Of a DNA stretch of 64,000 bases, positions 26,621-39,600 are shown piece after piece. A model generated the notes under the pieces. The model was not told where the DNA came from, searched no databases, and saw nothing but the letters and a program-made list of their open reading frames with translations. The position numbers and the translations under genes were made by a program. Positions within the stretch are counted from its first letter, which is position 1, and each line of letters begins with the position of its first letter. The DNA lies in NCBI RefSeq assembly GCF_009914755.1, contig NC_060929.1; one strand, written 5' to 3'. Source of the DNA: the human T2T-CHM13v2.0 reference genome, Homo sapiens.

Positions 26621-29600
26621 ACACTCTTTCCTAGACAAGTCTGGGCATGAAAACAATTCAGGGGATTATGAGTTTGTAAAAAAATGTGCAAACCCCAGAA
26701 AATGTGGATTTCTTTGGGTAACTAGCCACTGCCCACCCCCCTCCCCCCCGAAGTATTAAGTCTGGCATCAAATAGGGTAAGAGCTTTGTGGTATCATGCC
26801 CCTTTTTCATCAGTAGAAAACAACTATTTACAAAGAAAAAAATAATTATAGCTATAATAGGCAGAAAAGAAAAATTTAAGCATTAAAGAAAGGATCTGAT
26901 ATTTTAGATTATATACTAATATTTCTGAGATTATGTTTGGGTCACACATAACCACAGATATACTCAACTGTTTCAGAATTTACTAAAAGTACAAGAGATT
27001 GTGTTGAATTTTTATTAAACAGAGTTTATAAATCAAATTGAACATTCTCCAACTCTGGGCTGTGTTTCCATATGTTTGCAATCTATAGGTATTGAAATGC
27101 TCACCTATACTTTAGGAAAAAACAAACCACAACATTTTGCAAAGATTGAATAAATGATCATTCGAAGCAAAAGCATGCAGTTCAAAAGCTAAACCTCCCA
27201 TTGGAGAACAGAAAATTTAATGAGCTTTTAATGGAATGCAATGCTCAGAGTAGTAAATTATTTGTTAGTTGACGATGCAATCAGCATGCTGATTAAGGTT
27301 GCTTGGTTTTTTACTAAACATTAACTGAATGAAAACGGGTAGTCCTTGTTCTGCTTGGGGGGCTTTAAGGAAGCAAATGGACTTTCAGAACAGAGATTGT
27401 CAATAAAGGTGAGTGCACTCCAGGTGTCATTTGAATATGATGATAAAATACTAGTGATAAATATTTAAAAGCATTTTAAATCCACAATGTTCGCCTAGGG
27501 TATTATGGACTCTGTTTAAAGAAACAGTGGGCCTTAGCAGGCCTAACAACAATCCCTCTACCTCTCTCTAGAAAGAAATATCTAGATCTGCTTTCTTTTA
27601 TTACAAAAGAAAAAAGAGGGGTGGGTATGCTTTGAAAATATGAACCAGCATGGATGCAGAAACCAGGAACGTTTGGGAGTTTGGAATGTAAACCTAAAAA
27701 GAGACAAAAAGGACAAAAATCAAAACAAAGAAAAACTATTCTGACAGCAAATAAAAGAAACATCTGTTTCTCTGGATAGATTAAGATACAAATTTAATTA
27801 CGCAGTTTCAATATTCCAATGTTTAAAAATAATTGCTATTAGAATATATATATTTAAATTTATAAATGATGGCATTCTGAGGGCAAGAAATATTGTGATA
27901 TGGAGTTATATTCTGTCTAATTTAGAGGGTCTGAAAAGGAACAAAGAAAAAGAACAAAACTTGGAAATACCTTATATAATGCTTATTTTTGTTGTTTCAT
28001 TGTTAATACAGAATTTATTTTTAAAATCATTTACTATATATTAATCGATATGTACATTAGTCATAAATTATTGATTTTGAGAGAGATTTTGTTACTGTTT
28101 AAATTGCCAGATTTATTTCTCTCCCAAAAGAGGGGTTTTTAGTTTGTTTTTCTCCCTACCAATTGAAGAATTGTGGGTTTGTAGGTTAATTTTCTTTGAA
28201 CAGCTACAAAGTTCTTTTTCTATAAATCCCAATTAGTTTCATCATCGGTGATTCTGTGGCAATGATCAGGTACCCTTAAAATCCGATAAATAACTACCTC
28301 TCACTTTTAACTATTCCTGTTTATGACCCAAGAGGTTAAAAGCCTTTGACTGGCATTTGACTTCTGACCTCATATAAATGTTATCTTATCAGTTCCTGCT
28401 TGTTAACTTGTATTGAGTGCTTGTCCCTGATGGCTTTTAGATAAAGGGTTGTGGGGTTTTTCCTTTTTTTTCTTTTTAGTATATTTCCTATAGGAACTAA
28501 ACCATTTGCTTTGTTCTTTGCCTAGTGCAGTCAAATCTGCTCAGTAACCTGCTATAAATCTATTAGAAAGAGCCAAATACGCTTTTATTTATTTCCTACA
28601 TTATTTTTAGTTTAGCTTTATGGATGGAATTTTATGATAAAAATATATTTATTATAATTAATAGTATTAATTACTGGTGAGCTTAATCTTTTAACATGTT
28701 TGTCAGGAAGCTGGTTAGCTTAGTATTTTCTCTTTTTAAAAAAATATTAAAAATTTAAAAAAAATTTAGCTTTGCATTTTGCACCAGCATGAGATGAGTT
28801 AGAGAGATAATTTATGGAAATCTTGTGTCCCCAGACTTCAGAAGGCTGGCTAATGAGAGAGTCATCAGTAAGATATATCTTTTTTAAAACATCGAATCCA
28901 GACCATGAACAGTGCATTTTCTAACCTTTGGGGAGAAAGGTGGTGGCCTGGCGCTTTCCTTTGCCCTTCTGTTCTAAGAATTAAGAAGGATTTTGGCCTT
29001 TTATTCCATTTACAGCTGTGTGTGTTGTTCACACATTCAAGTGTGTATGTATGTGAGTCTAGTCACTATGTACAAACCTAAATACATTTGAATGTTTGCA
29101 TTTTAATCTCTTTCCATACCTCGATGGCATCATGAGGGTATTCTGGGCAGATGTGGGTGCCTCAGAGCCTGCCTCATTTGCAAATGACCTACAATGTGAT
29201 TTCTAAACAAAATATTACATTAATTTTCATGTGGAAAACAGGCAGTAAGGAGGGGGAAGAAGGAAGAGGCAGCCATCTTGGAGTCGTTTTGCCTTTTAGC
29301 CTCATTCTTTCGCCTCCTAAGCCTCGACAGTTAGAATATTATCTTTATTTTTAATTGGCCCTCAACATAAAGCAAGAGGCATATACAAGAGACCTTTGTA
29401 TTCACGTTTAGAGTAGAAGGAAAGTTGTAACCTCTTGGACTTTAAATAATAACTGCTACTATAGCCAAGCTACACCTATTATTCTCTAACCTTCTAAATA
29501 AATATACATATAAATGAAGCATATGCCACAGCTTGTAAGAGACCTGTACAAAACTTATTAAGAGAAACAAATGTCTATTTGGACCATTCATTTACTGCTA

Positions 29601-31779
29601 TCTAAAGAATTAATATGTCAGTAAAGTTATCTGCCCTTCCTCCTCCCCATTCTTTCTTTTCTCCCCAAACACACACTCACATGCACGCACATAAACACGC
29701 GCATTCAGACACCCCCACTATGGAGAAATGGCAACCCTGGAAACTTTTTTTTAAACAGGAATTCCCTTTCTCTTAGGTCATAGGTATTTAAGAAAGAGAG
29801 AGAGAGAAACAGAAACAGCTTTTACGTTTTATTTTATTTTAATTTTCTGTGTGTGGAGAGCAGCTATGGCTCCATAATGTCCCAACCCTGCTTTCATCAT
29901 GCTCATATTCTGGCAACACACAGGTTTGATGCAATTTGTTCTAACTTTTCATTTCAACCATTGCTTTTCTCAAAGTGGTCAGAGTTTAAAGACTGCAAAA
30001 GCAGAGGGAAAAGAAATACCACGGCAGGGGGAAAAAACAAACCAACCCCCAAACTGGTGCTGGTATTCAGTGCATTGACACATTCTCAAATGTTTTCTCT
30101 GTAGTTATAACACAAAAGCGCTTTCTTCCCTGTTTTGATGTGTTAAAGACGGAAAGAGAGAGGACACTTCGAAGTGGTAAAATAAGTATTTGGAAAGCAC
30201 AGGGAATGTATTTGTCTTTTGAATGTCCAGGATGTGTCAATAACGTGTTGATACTCTACCATTTAATATTAATTAAATTTTTAAAAATGGAAAAGAGATG
30301 AAAAGTTAAATTTAGGCACATTGTCTCTCATACGCCGAACTTTTAGCTATCAATGTTGCCTTCTGTTTTGTATAATTAGAAGTGCATCCAAAGCCAGTCA
30401 CTTTACTATCTATAAAATAAGGATAACAAGGATGCTAAGTCCCTCTGAGAAGGGTGTGAGTGGATCAATAATACATTATTGTCTAATTTTGACATTTGGC
30501 AGAAGAAACCATAAACTTTTACTCCTGTAATGTCAGTAATCTGAACGAATTTTCCTAAGCAATATTATTTGCAGATTCTTTTACTGAGTGAAACAAATAA
30601 GAATTTGAAAGACAAAGATGACCTGGTTCTTAAACACTGGCTCCTATCTAAGGACCAAAATCTCTGAATTGAATCCCAGAGTCCTTTACAATTGTACTGT
30701 GTACCCCGGCTTTTTTAAAAAGATTTTAAAATGTAAGCTAGATGATTTCAAAACTGATGAAAGTTATGCCACCATTCTTACTTATATCTAATTCATGTTT
30801 TAATAGTCATAAGTTTTAGTATACCTAGAGTACAAAGAAGTGTTTACTTAAACCAGTTTCTATACCAGTAGAAACTAACTCCCCCAGAATATTTTTGATG
30901 TAATTATTTAAAATCATTTTAATTAGAAGAACAATAAGATGATAGGAAATCAAGGCCCTCGGGTTTTCTGTATGGCTGTATCATCCAGCTTCATAAAGTT
31001 ACTTAACGAAGTATTTTAAAATATTGTTTATATGAATGTAAACTTACCCTAATTATATACTAAGAAATGTAGTCCATTTGATTTCTTCCCATTCCTGGCC
31101 TCAAAAATCAAACCTGCTCTGTTTGGAAAAAGCTGAGTCTTCTGTGATATCATGGACCTTTTTATATTTCAGCAAGGAAGTGGAGGTCATGGAGTCATAA
31201 ATATCAAAATTTTCAGGACCCAAGCTGTAAGGTTTTATCCTTTCCTTTGTGAAGGCTGATGCAGATGGATTTCTAATTTCCTTTGATTTCTGTCCTCTTG
31301 TCTGTGTGTTTTCTTTATTTGTATAAATTGCATTGTCCTTTCTATAAGAATGTTTGAGCACACTCTCCCTGATAGATTCTCATTCTCACTCCCCTCAGCT
31401 TGTTTGAGGTTTAGAATGGGGGTGCTTTTCCTTATTTTAAAAGCTTTGCAATTTAGACTCCGAGAGCCAGGACTGGTTTTCTATCCATCGGGACCTGCTC
31501 AAAGGTCACACTCAAGATCATAAGCCATGTTCACATCCTTCTTATGGGAAAATGATAAAATAATATCCACAGGCATCTGATACTAGGGGCATGGCCTGGA
31601 CACACACCTTGCCCTCTTCCCCTTGGCCTTGTCTGCCTTGAAGAATGAATAGATCCATCCCCAAAGTTGATGCTTCGAAGTGACCAGTCAGATGCTAGCA
31701 GGTCAGCTGGCTATCCTCTTGGATAGAGGGTCCATAAATTAAAGAAATGTTGGTGTGGTTGAAAGAGGAAGGTAGTCCA

Positions 31780-32450
31780 GCCCAAGGGAAGTCACGTAAA
31801 TCTCTCCAGGAGCTTTGTTCCCAGTAGGGAGTGGGGGTGAGAGTTGGGGTAGCTCGGGGCTGTGGGCTGTTATTAATGCCCTGGCCCTCCTGCGGTGGGT
31901 GCTAACTTGTTGTGCATGAGAGCTGCCACCATCCTTCCCAAACATCGGGCGCTTGGAAAAGTCAAGCACAGTTGAGCCCTGATTTTCATTTAATAGTCAA
32001 AACCAAGATGCATTTGGGCTATGATGATAGGACAGCTCCCTTGAAAAGATTATTTGAACTACAAAGGCATTCATTTAGGGCTAGCAATGTTGCAAAAGGG
32101 CCCGCTAGAAATTAGCAGCCTGTCCTGGTATTTGGAGAGCAAGAGTGACAACTTATTGGAAGTTCTCAAGGAATCATTTATATTTCACACTCCACTAGGC
32201 AGCTGATTTGAGATTGTCTGTTAGCATAACAAAGGCTCTGAGCCTGTGAACTTCAGAAACCTTTCGACCTCTTAGCTGCTGGCATGAATAGCCCCCAGTC
32301 CTGCCTATAGAGATCTCCCAAAGCTCCCCTGTTCGTGGCTAAATTGTTAATCAGGGTAATTTAATATAGTTTTCAATATGCCTCATCTCTTATTGGGAAA
32401 GGTATTCACAGCTTCCCTACCCCTGAAAAAAAAAGTTCTTTTATTCAAGT
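31780..32450. promoter_or_regulatory. Candidate highly conserved developmental enhancer (possibly an ultraconserved element)
   Basis: Unique, locally GC-elevated sequence in the middle of a transposon-poor block, with several TAAT/ATTA, ATTGT and CAGCTG motifs; matches my unverified recollection of a UCE/VISTA element about 15 kb from RPS3AP22. Confidence 0.45.
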
Positions 32451-32678
32451 GTGAGAGGGGCAGCTGCAGACAGACCCCCATCCCTTGCTTCTCCCCCTAC
32501 TCCTTCACAGCAGCAATGTTCTGAGCAGCAACCATAGAGAAGGGCCAGAAAGAGAAACTCAGAACGACGATCCCATCCCCTGGCATGCACTCCACCCTGA
32601 ACCTGAAACTTCAGCCTATTTATGCTGGGAACCGCCAAAACAAAAACCCAAGGCTCAGCCATAACTGAAACCTCAGAG

Positions 32679-32679
<1 letters not shown>

Positions 32680-32724
<45 letters not shown>
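32680..32724. repeat. (CA)22 microsatellite
   Basis: Read directly; perfect repeat. Confidence 0.98.
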
Positions 32725-32726
<2 letters not shown>

Positions 32727-35700
32727 CACACCTCCTTCTCCACCCTCCCTTCACCAACACCCTGCCCCTCCCCCCTCATCCCAACTAAGCTTCTCTTGTG
32801 TTTCTGGACAAAACGCACCAGACCCCAAGGCCTGTTAATTTTCATTTCTCACTCTGTCCAGGCAGCCCACACCGTCCTGCACGCTCCTTCACACAGTCAC
32901 ACTCGGCCTGGCCCCTGCATCAACTCCCGGTGTCATATACACTTGCTCTCGCCTGCTCCCTCGCACACTATCAATTCACATGCACATTAGTTAGCTGAAA
33001 AGAGCCGGAGCACAAATATATTCATTTTAATCCAGTTAAGACCTAAGAGGTCTCCTAGGATATTATTCAATAGTTTGAAAACTAAGTATAAAATTCAGAT
33101 TTTGCTACGCTGTTTCATCTCACAGAGGCCTACAGTATGCCTTTCTTTCACTTTATACCATGTGTGTATTCTAAAAAAGTAAAATAAAACCGAATAAAAA
33201 AAAAACAATCACAGGCAAAATACCCAGCTTCAGGCAGGCACTATGCTCAAATATTATTATCTTTTTAATGACTGTTTCTAGTACCCATGTGCACATCAGA
33301 ATAGCAATTTTATACAAAGAAGGAAAAAGTATGAAGTCACTAATTACATTTTTAAAAATTAAAAATAAAAGGATACAATCTCTTAAACTTATTTTCTCTT
33401 TCTTTTCCACGTGAGCATTTTAAGGCATCTCTAAAGCATGTCTGAGTGTTTCTGGGTTCCTTTGGTGGTGGTTTTCTGTGTAATTGGTGCTCTGTCTTTG
33501 TGCGAGTTGAGGCTCTGTGTGTTGCTTCTTTCTGGAACAGCCATTTCTCGCTTGTGCCCCGTTTTGGTTAGTGTGTCTGTCTCTCAGCCTCCTGAAGTTG
33601 GATAAAGGCAGGATGTAGTGCCTGAAGTATTTTCTTTGATTTTTCTCTAGTTAGAGTAGTCCCTGATGGGGGTTGGGAGATTTCTTCACTCACTTGGGTT
33701 CCTAATCTAGAATCTGAAAACTGCTGGGAGGTGGGAGACCAATTTCTATTTACAGCATCAAGGAAAGGATTATTAAACCTCCAAAATCAGAAGTACAAAC
33801 ATAGATTTACACTTAATAAAACAAGACAAAACAAACAGCCTAGCTTCTTTCCCAAAATAATTTTTTTTGGAATTAAAAAAAGATTAAGAAATAGGTTTAC
33901 TGCCCAATTTTAATATCTAAACAATGCCCAGAGGTGACATGTTAAAACAGAAAATAAAATAAATGTATCTGGTGGTTATATTATATGGTAATCCTAAAGA
34001 CTGCATTTTCCTTTAAAAAAAAAAAAAAGGAATCTGACAGTTTTAATTTCAACGTTGTGGAAGTTTTTAGATTATAAATGTTTTTGCCAATAATCTGTGT
34101 ATTATTCATGTTAATGATGTGCTTTTTGGTTTATTGTATATTGTAAGTAGTGATTTTCATTTTCTCAGTGTTTTAAACCAAAATATTTTAAAAACATTAA
34201 TTGTTATTATAAATTGATGGGTAAATATGGCTGGTTTCTTTTATTAAAAGCCAAAAATATGAAGTTGTTCATATATAAATATCACAAATTCAACTTTCAG
34301 AAGGTGCTTAGAGTAAAAAAATTATGGCTTTAAGCCCAAGAAAGAAAAAATACACAATTTGCATTTTTTCAATGCTTTTGCTTAACATTTTTTTCATTAG
34401 GTTTTTTCCTCATTAGAATTTATGATCCATGTCGATCATTACACTTTCACATTTCTGATTTCTGTTAAATTTTCTGACAGAGGCTAATAAATATAAAAGA
34501 GTAAAAAGGCCTATTTGCTTTCATCTAAGGTGCTCAATATTTTCAGGTTATTTGTATTTGCATTGAAATCTTTTCCATGTTCTTAATTTAAATTATTAAA
34601 ATTTGACTGAAACTAATTCTATTTGAAGCTAAGATGTAACAGGGTTTTTTTTCCCAAGGAATTAAACAATGTGATTTTGCTAAATTATAACATTTTCTTT
34701 GGCTTGAGCCATCTAACACCCTCTCCAACATGGCACAGTTTGGGCTTCATATTTGTGGAACAAGAAGGGTTGGGGGGAGAAGGATGTATATTTGGAATGG
34801 TGTTTGACAGGGAGAATGAACGCAGACACCAGAACAATTATATTACAATCCCATTGGGAATGCCAGCACCAAATTTAGCCAGACTGATGGGGTACTGTCT
34901 AGACGGTCCCTTTTGTGTATCAGCTGTTTTTTTCCCTGCTTTATTGCACTGCCTGAATGTGTGAGTTGAACATGCATATGGATCCCAAGCATAACCATTC
35001 CTGCAACCATACACTGCTATTAAACTTCCTCTCATTTGGCTAGGAATCAAAGGTTGTGTATTCCTACTATATTCCCTTTATAATATTTTGTAATTAAAAT
35101 GCAGCTTCCAGATTAGTGGCTTAACAAAGGTCATAAGACAAAGTAGAAGGTGCCTAGGCTCTTTCTTTATATGAAAAAAAATGTACAAATATACTAGGTA
35201 AACATTTCTATCTTCTCAAACATGTCCACCTCTTTTCTATACAAGTAAAAAGAAGCCAGAAAGAAAGGAATTAAAACAATGAGAAGAAAGAAGCACAGTA
35301 CATGTAAATTACCACCTTTCCTTTTGAAAAGGGCAAAGGATAGAAAGAAAGAATATTTATTTAATGTTTACAGTGTAATTAATGGCAGTGTTTGTGGTTT
35401 TCTTTTTTTTTTCTTTCTCATCTTTATTTGGTAAACCAAATGGAGTTCAGTAATCAGTTCTTGTGAAGTCTTAGAAATGGATTTTCAAACTCTTTTAAAT
35501 ACACACTTACACAATTGCTTTTGTGTTGTTGAGCATATAGGAAATCCTAGAGACATCTCAGATCTGGGCAACTGTCAGGATTTTGTTTTGTTTGTCAAGA
35601 TGGTGCAGGAAGGGTAGAGCTTACTTATATATGAATACAGTATCCACATAAAACATTCGTTGTTCAAAGGGGCAGAAATGCACCCCTAAATAGGAAGCGC

Positions 35701-36677
35701 ACTCCACGGGTGATGGGTACTAAGGTTGGATGCCTTTGCTCACAACCAAGAATTTGAAACGAACTCAAATTCATTATTCCAATTAGAAAGTGAGAAATAG
35801 AATAATGCATTAATGTTAATGAATGTAGGTATAAGATCCGCCTCTTTCTGTAAAAGTTTATCAGCAACTTTGTCTACAGTCACCAAAAATTGAAAGGTAT
35901 GAGAAATTGGAATTCCACAGGATGTAAGTCATTATAAATAAAATTATTGTCTTGTAGTAGGATCCAAAATGAATCCACTGTTTCAGGAAACTGGATCCCA
36001 CATTTCATAGCACAAATAAGTTTTGTTAATATGTACACACAAACTTTGTTTGGAAAAGGAATTCTACTTTCCATTTGCTGAAATTGTTATCCCTTAGTAA
36101 AGAGAAGAGGCAAAAGTTTTACCATAAAGAAAAAAAATCAAGGTTAAAAGTGATAAGAAAAAATTTGTACAGTTACATCCTTGTTTCATGCATTAAATTT
36201 TGTCTGACTAAATGGTGGAATTTAGATTTTTAAAATAATAATTTTCTATGCTTTGCTGCTGAAATTTAATAACTACCATCTACTATGGACAACGAAGATT
36301 TTATTCATCTTTTGAGGACTGGATATTGAAGAGAGGTCTGTAGGAAAGATAAAGTAAATTGTATTCCCAATTTTACTGAACAGGGTAAGACAAGAAGTGA
36401 TCTATTTTTTGGTTTGAAACATTATATCAGCAAATCCACAATCATAAAATATGACCAGTGACACAGGATTGGGGAAATTCACTGTCTGGAAGAGGGGAGG
36501 AGATTGAACAAATGACATTAAACATGGAGACCTTGAGTAGGCACTTGTAGGCATTGGTGTTAGCAATCTCTGAGGCCTAACTTTGGTACTATTAAGAAAA
36601 AATATAACCAAAGGCAGGGGCAGAGGGCAAAAGAAACCAAGACTGAGAAACAGAGAAAGCAAGAGGAAAATGGTGGT

Positions 36678-36699
36678 GGGTGGGTGGGTTGGGGGTGGG
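36678..36699 (+). other. G-quadruplex-forming motif
   Basis: GGGTGGGTGGGTTGGGGGTGGG: five G-tracts with 1-2 nt loops. Confidence 0.75.
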
Positions 36700-39600
36700 T
36701 GGCATGCAGGGGTAGTGAGAGAGAAAGAAAGAAAAGGGGAGCAGAGAATGAATATTCTAAGCATTGTTTTAATCTAAAACAGAGACGCTTTCAGGAGAAT
36801 GAATTTCAATGGAGCTGAGCCAAAAATAATTATAGAGATTTTCTTGTTTTGTTTTGTGAATGAAGAGCATCTCTTTTCCCTGGAGATGCGAGAGTGAGAA
36901 AGAACCAGAGCCAAGAGATTGAAGTGATGCCCCTCTGCCCCTTTACTTCCACACACCACAGTGGCAGACCTTTCTTTCTTCCCTTTTCCAAAAGCTATTG
37001 GCACCGAATTGTGCTAGGAAGAGAGGGACGTGGCAGCAGCCCTCAAACCTTAGCTGGGTTTTCTATTCTAACAATAGCTTGTTTACTTGATAAGGCTGAA
37101 GTATTGAAATTGGAAGCAAGATTGGGGTTGGGGGGGAGAGTGATACATATTTTAGGTTCTAGAAATAAAATTGAGCTATTTACAACTAAGAATATTCCCC
37201 TATTTGAGATACTTGAAACTTCCTTTGGAGTTTGTTTTACCAATTATATTTGTTTCCTTGTTTTTCATCATCAATAGCAAGCTACTAAAGGAAATAAAGT
37301 ATTCTCTCAATTTTCCTCCATTTTCTCTGTGATGTAAAATCTTTATCTTGGAACTTTTTTTACAGGGAAAAATTGTCATTTGTTAAAATAGCTTGAGCTA
37401 TGACTGAGTTGTTGTGAAAGCAATATAATATACTCTTCATGAAAGCAGGAATAAAAGGCTTTATACTAATATGAAATACACAGGATTGGAGGAGAAACCC
37501 ACTAACATTAATAGACTTTTGTGACAGAGTAATCATAAACAACTCAGAATTAATACCTAAAGACTATTAATTTTCTTAAGTTAAATTGACTTACATAAAA
37601 ATCACACCAGTAAGTACTGTCAGAACCTGGATATTCTCTCCAAATCTCTTATTTTAGGTGTTATGTTGTGTTAAAGACCCTGTTGTCATTTTTATCATTC
37701 AGAGATATTAATTCTACAAGTAGGTTTAAGGTATCACTTTTGTCTTTGTGTTGTTGCCTGAGTTTTTTTTTTTAAATATATTTCAGAAACTTAAGAACCA
37801 GTTCTTTTCCTCTACATCATATTTCACAACTTGTACAAATTAACATTTATTCTTATAAATATTTGACCTGCTAAGTTTTAACAGTTTAGTGACCCAGTAG
37901 AAGAACAGCATAGAGTTGTAAATTTAATGGCTTAACACCAAAACGACCTTGATATGGATTAAAAACAAGAAAAAGTATTTATGTTATATTTGTAGCCAAG
38001 ATTATCGATAGGCTTAAGGATAAACCTCTCAGAAAGTAGCAAAACTGGATATATTTTCCTTTAAAAGTTTTACATCTTAAAATTGTTCCTGTTTTTCTGT
38101 CAAAGAACTATTAACATATATAGTAGTTAGCAGTAAAGATATATGATTTTATTACGTAGATACTTTTTTTATTTTTTAAAGATGAAAAATGTCTTCATGT
38201 ACGTGGGACTTTATTTAGGGATTTCCAAACATATTTTAAATGTCACTGTGAATATATTGTGTAAATCTGTGAATATGAGCTTTATGAATCCACATTTAAT
38301 TTAATTAATCATATTGATTCACTTGACATTTTTCTCCTCCTGAATCCCTCCTCCCCGCTTTTTTTCATCTCTCTATTAAAAGCATTTCTTTCACAGTGGT
38401 AGACTAATTTTTGAAAAGGATTTTACAAAATAAAACTGACAATGGTTTTTGAAGAACTTTTAAAAGCATTCAACTTAGATTTTTTTTAGGAGTGGTTAAA
38501 TGAGTATTTTAGAATTCAAAGTACTTAATTACACTAATCTTAACATTATATTTAAAAACCCAATCCCCCTAATGAGTAGTCGACTTTTTAAAGAGAACAA
38601 TTATTAATAATCACTATGCTGTATGCCAAAATAAATGTATGAAATTAGCAACAAATATTTATCTTTCCATGTTTTAAAAGAAAACATTACCTTTTTAAAA
38701 ATAAAATAGCTTGCAAAGTAGCAACAGATTTAATAATATTTTTCCATTCAAAATCTCAATAGATACAATTTCAGAATTTATGTTTGGTTATGCTGTATCA
38801 TTAAAATTGCCAAGAGAAAATGTTAGTCTGCTAAAACATTTAGAATATGGTATATAATAATTTGTTATTAATGGCAATGTAATATGTCACACTAACATGT
38901 GTATTTACTATCAAGCTCTACAATTGATTAGAAAATGAGGAGATAAAGATAGATTTACAATGGATAAATGTCCCAAAGATGTTAATGATAATAACTAAGC
39001 AAAAATGAATACAGAGCCTTTGGTATGCACACCAAGGTTTCTATATTTCACAAGAGTATACAGATATATGTATACAGGTATGTGCAATATAGATAGATTT
39101 GTCATTATTTTAACATTGATCATCATATAATAAAATGGATTTTTAAAGGTTCTATCTTGACAAATTCTTTTCTACACCCAAATTACTAAACCAGTTTTAG
39201 AGTTTAGTAACTCAAATTACTAAACGCAGAAAAGTTGCATTTCATTTGAAAGCAACCATGGAAATTGCCCCAAAGGTAGTCTTATTTGTTTGCTCTTTTC
39301 ATTTTGTAGTGGTATGGAGTCCAGTATATGGCTGTAGGGAGGAGGAAGTAGCAAGAAGCAATTGAAAGGATTAGGATGGAAACTTCCTCGAGCTTCACAG
39401 GCTTGTTTGCTGGCCACAGATGCCATTATGGTATATAGATAAGATATGCTTAATATTCAGACTTTAAAAAGAGCCTCCACACTCCTGAAAATTCTGAGGC
39501 AAAGCTGAGCCTCTTTCTTTAGGCCATATACTTCACTCCCGTTGGCCCAGGAAGCCTGGCTAAAGATAGTCTCATCCAGCTCACATGCTTGGGTTTTGTC

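Noticed and set aside
27389-27414. Micro-exon ending in AAG|GTGAGT
   Set aside because: It would be only 20 nt with a weak pyrimidine tract and has no other support.
32441-32990. ORFs with HT or VC dipeptide repeats
   Set aside because: They are artefacts of the (CA)22 microsatellite.
26100-36000. Known conserved miRNA hairpins (e.g. miR-199/214, miR-9) in the transposon-poor block
   Set aside because: I could not find the mature sequences on either strand by eye.
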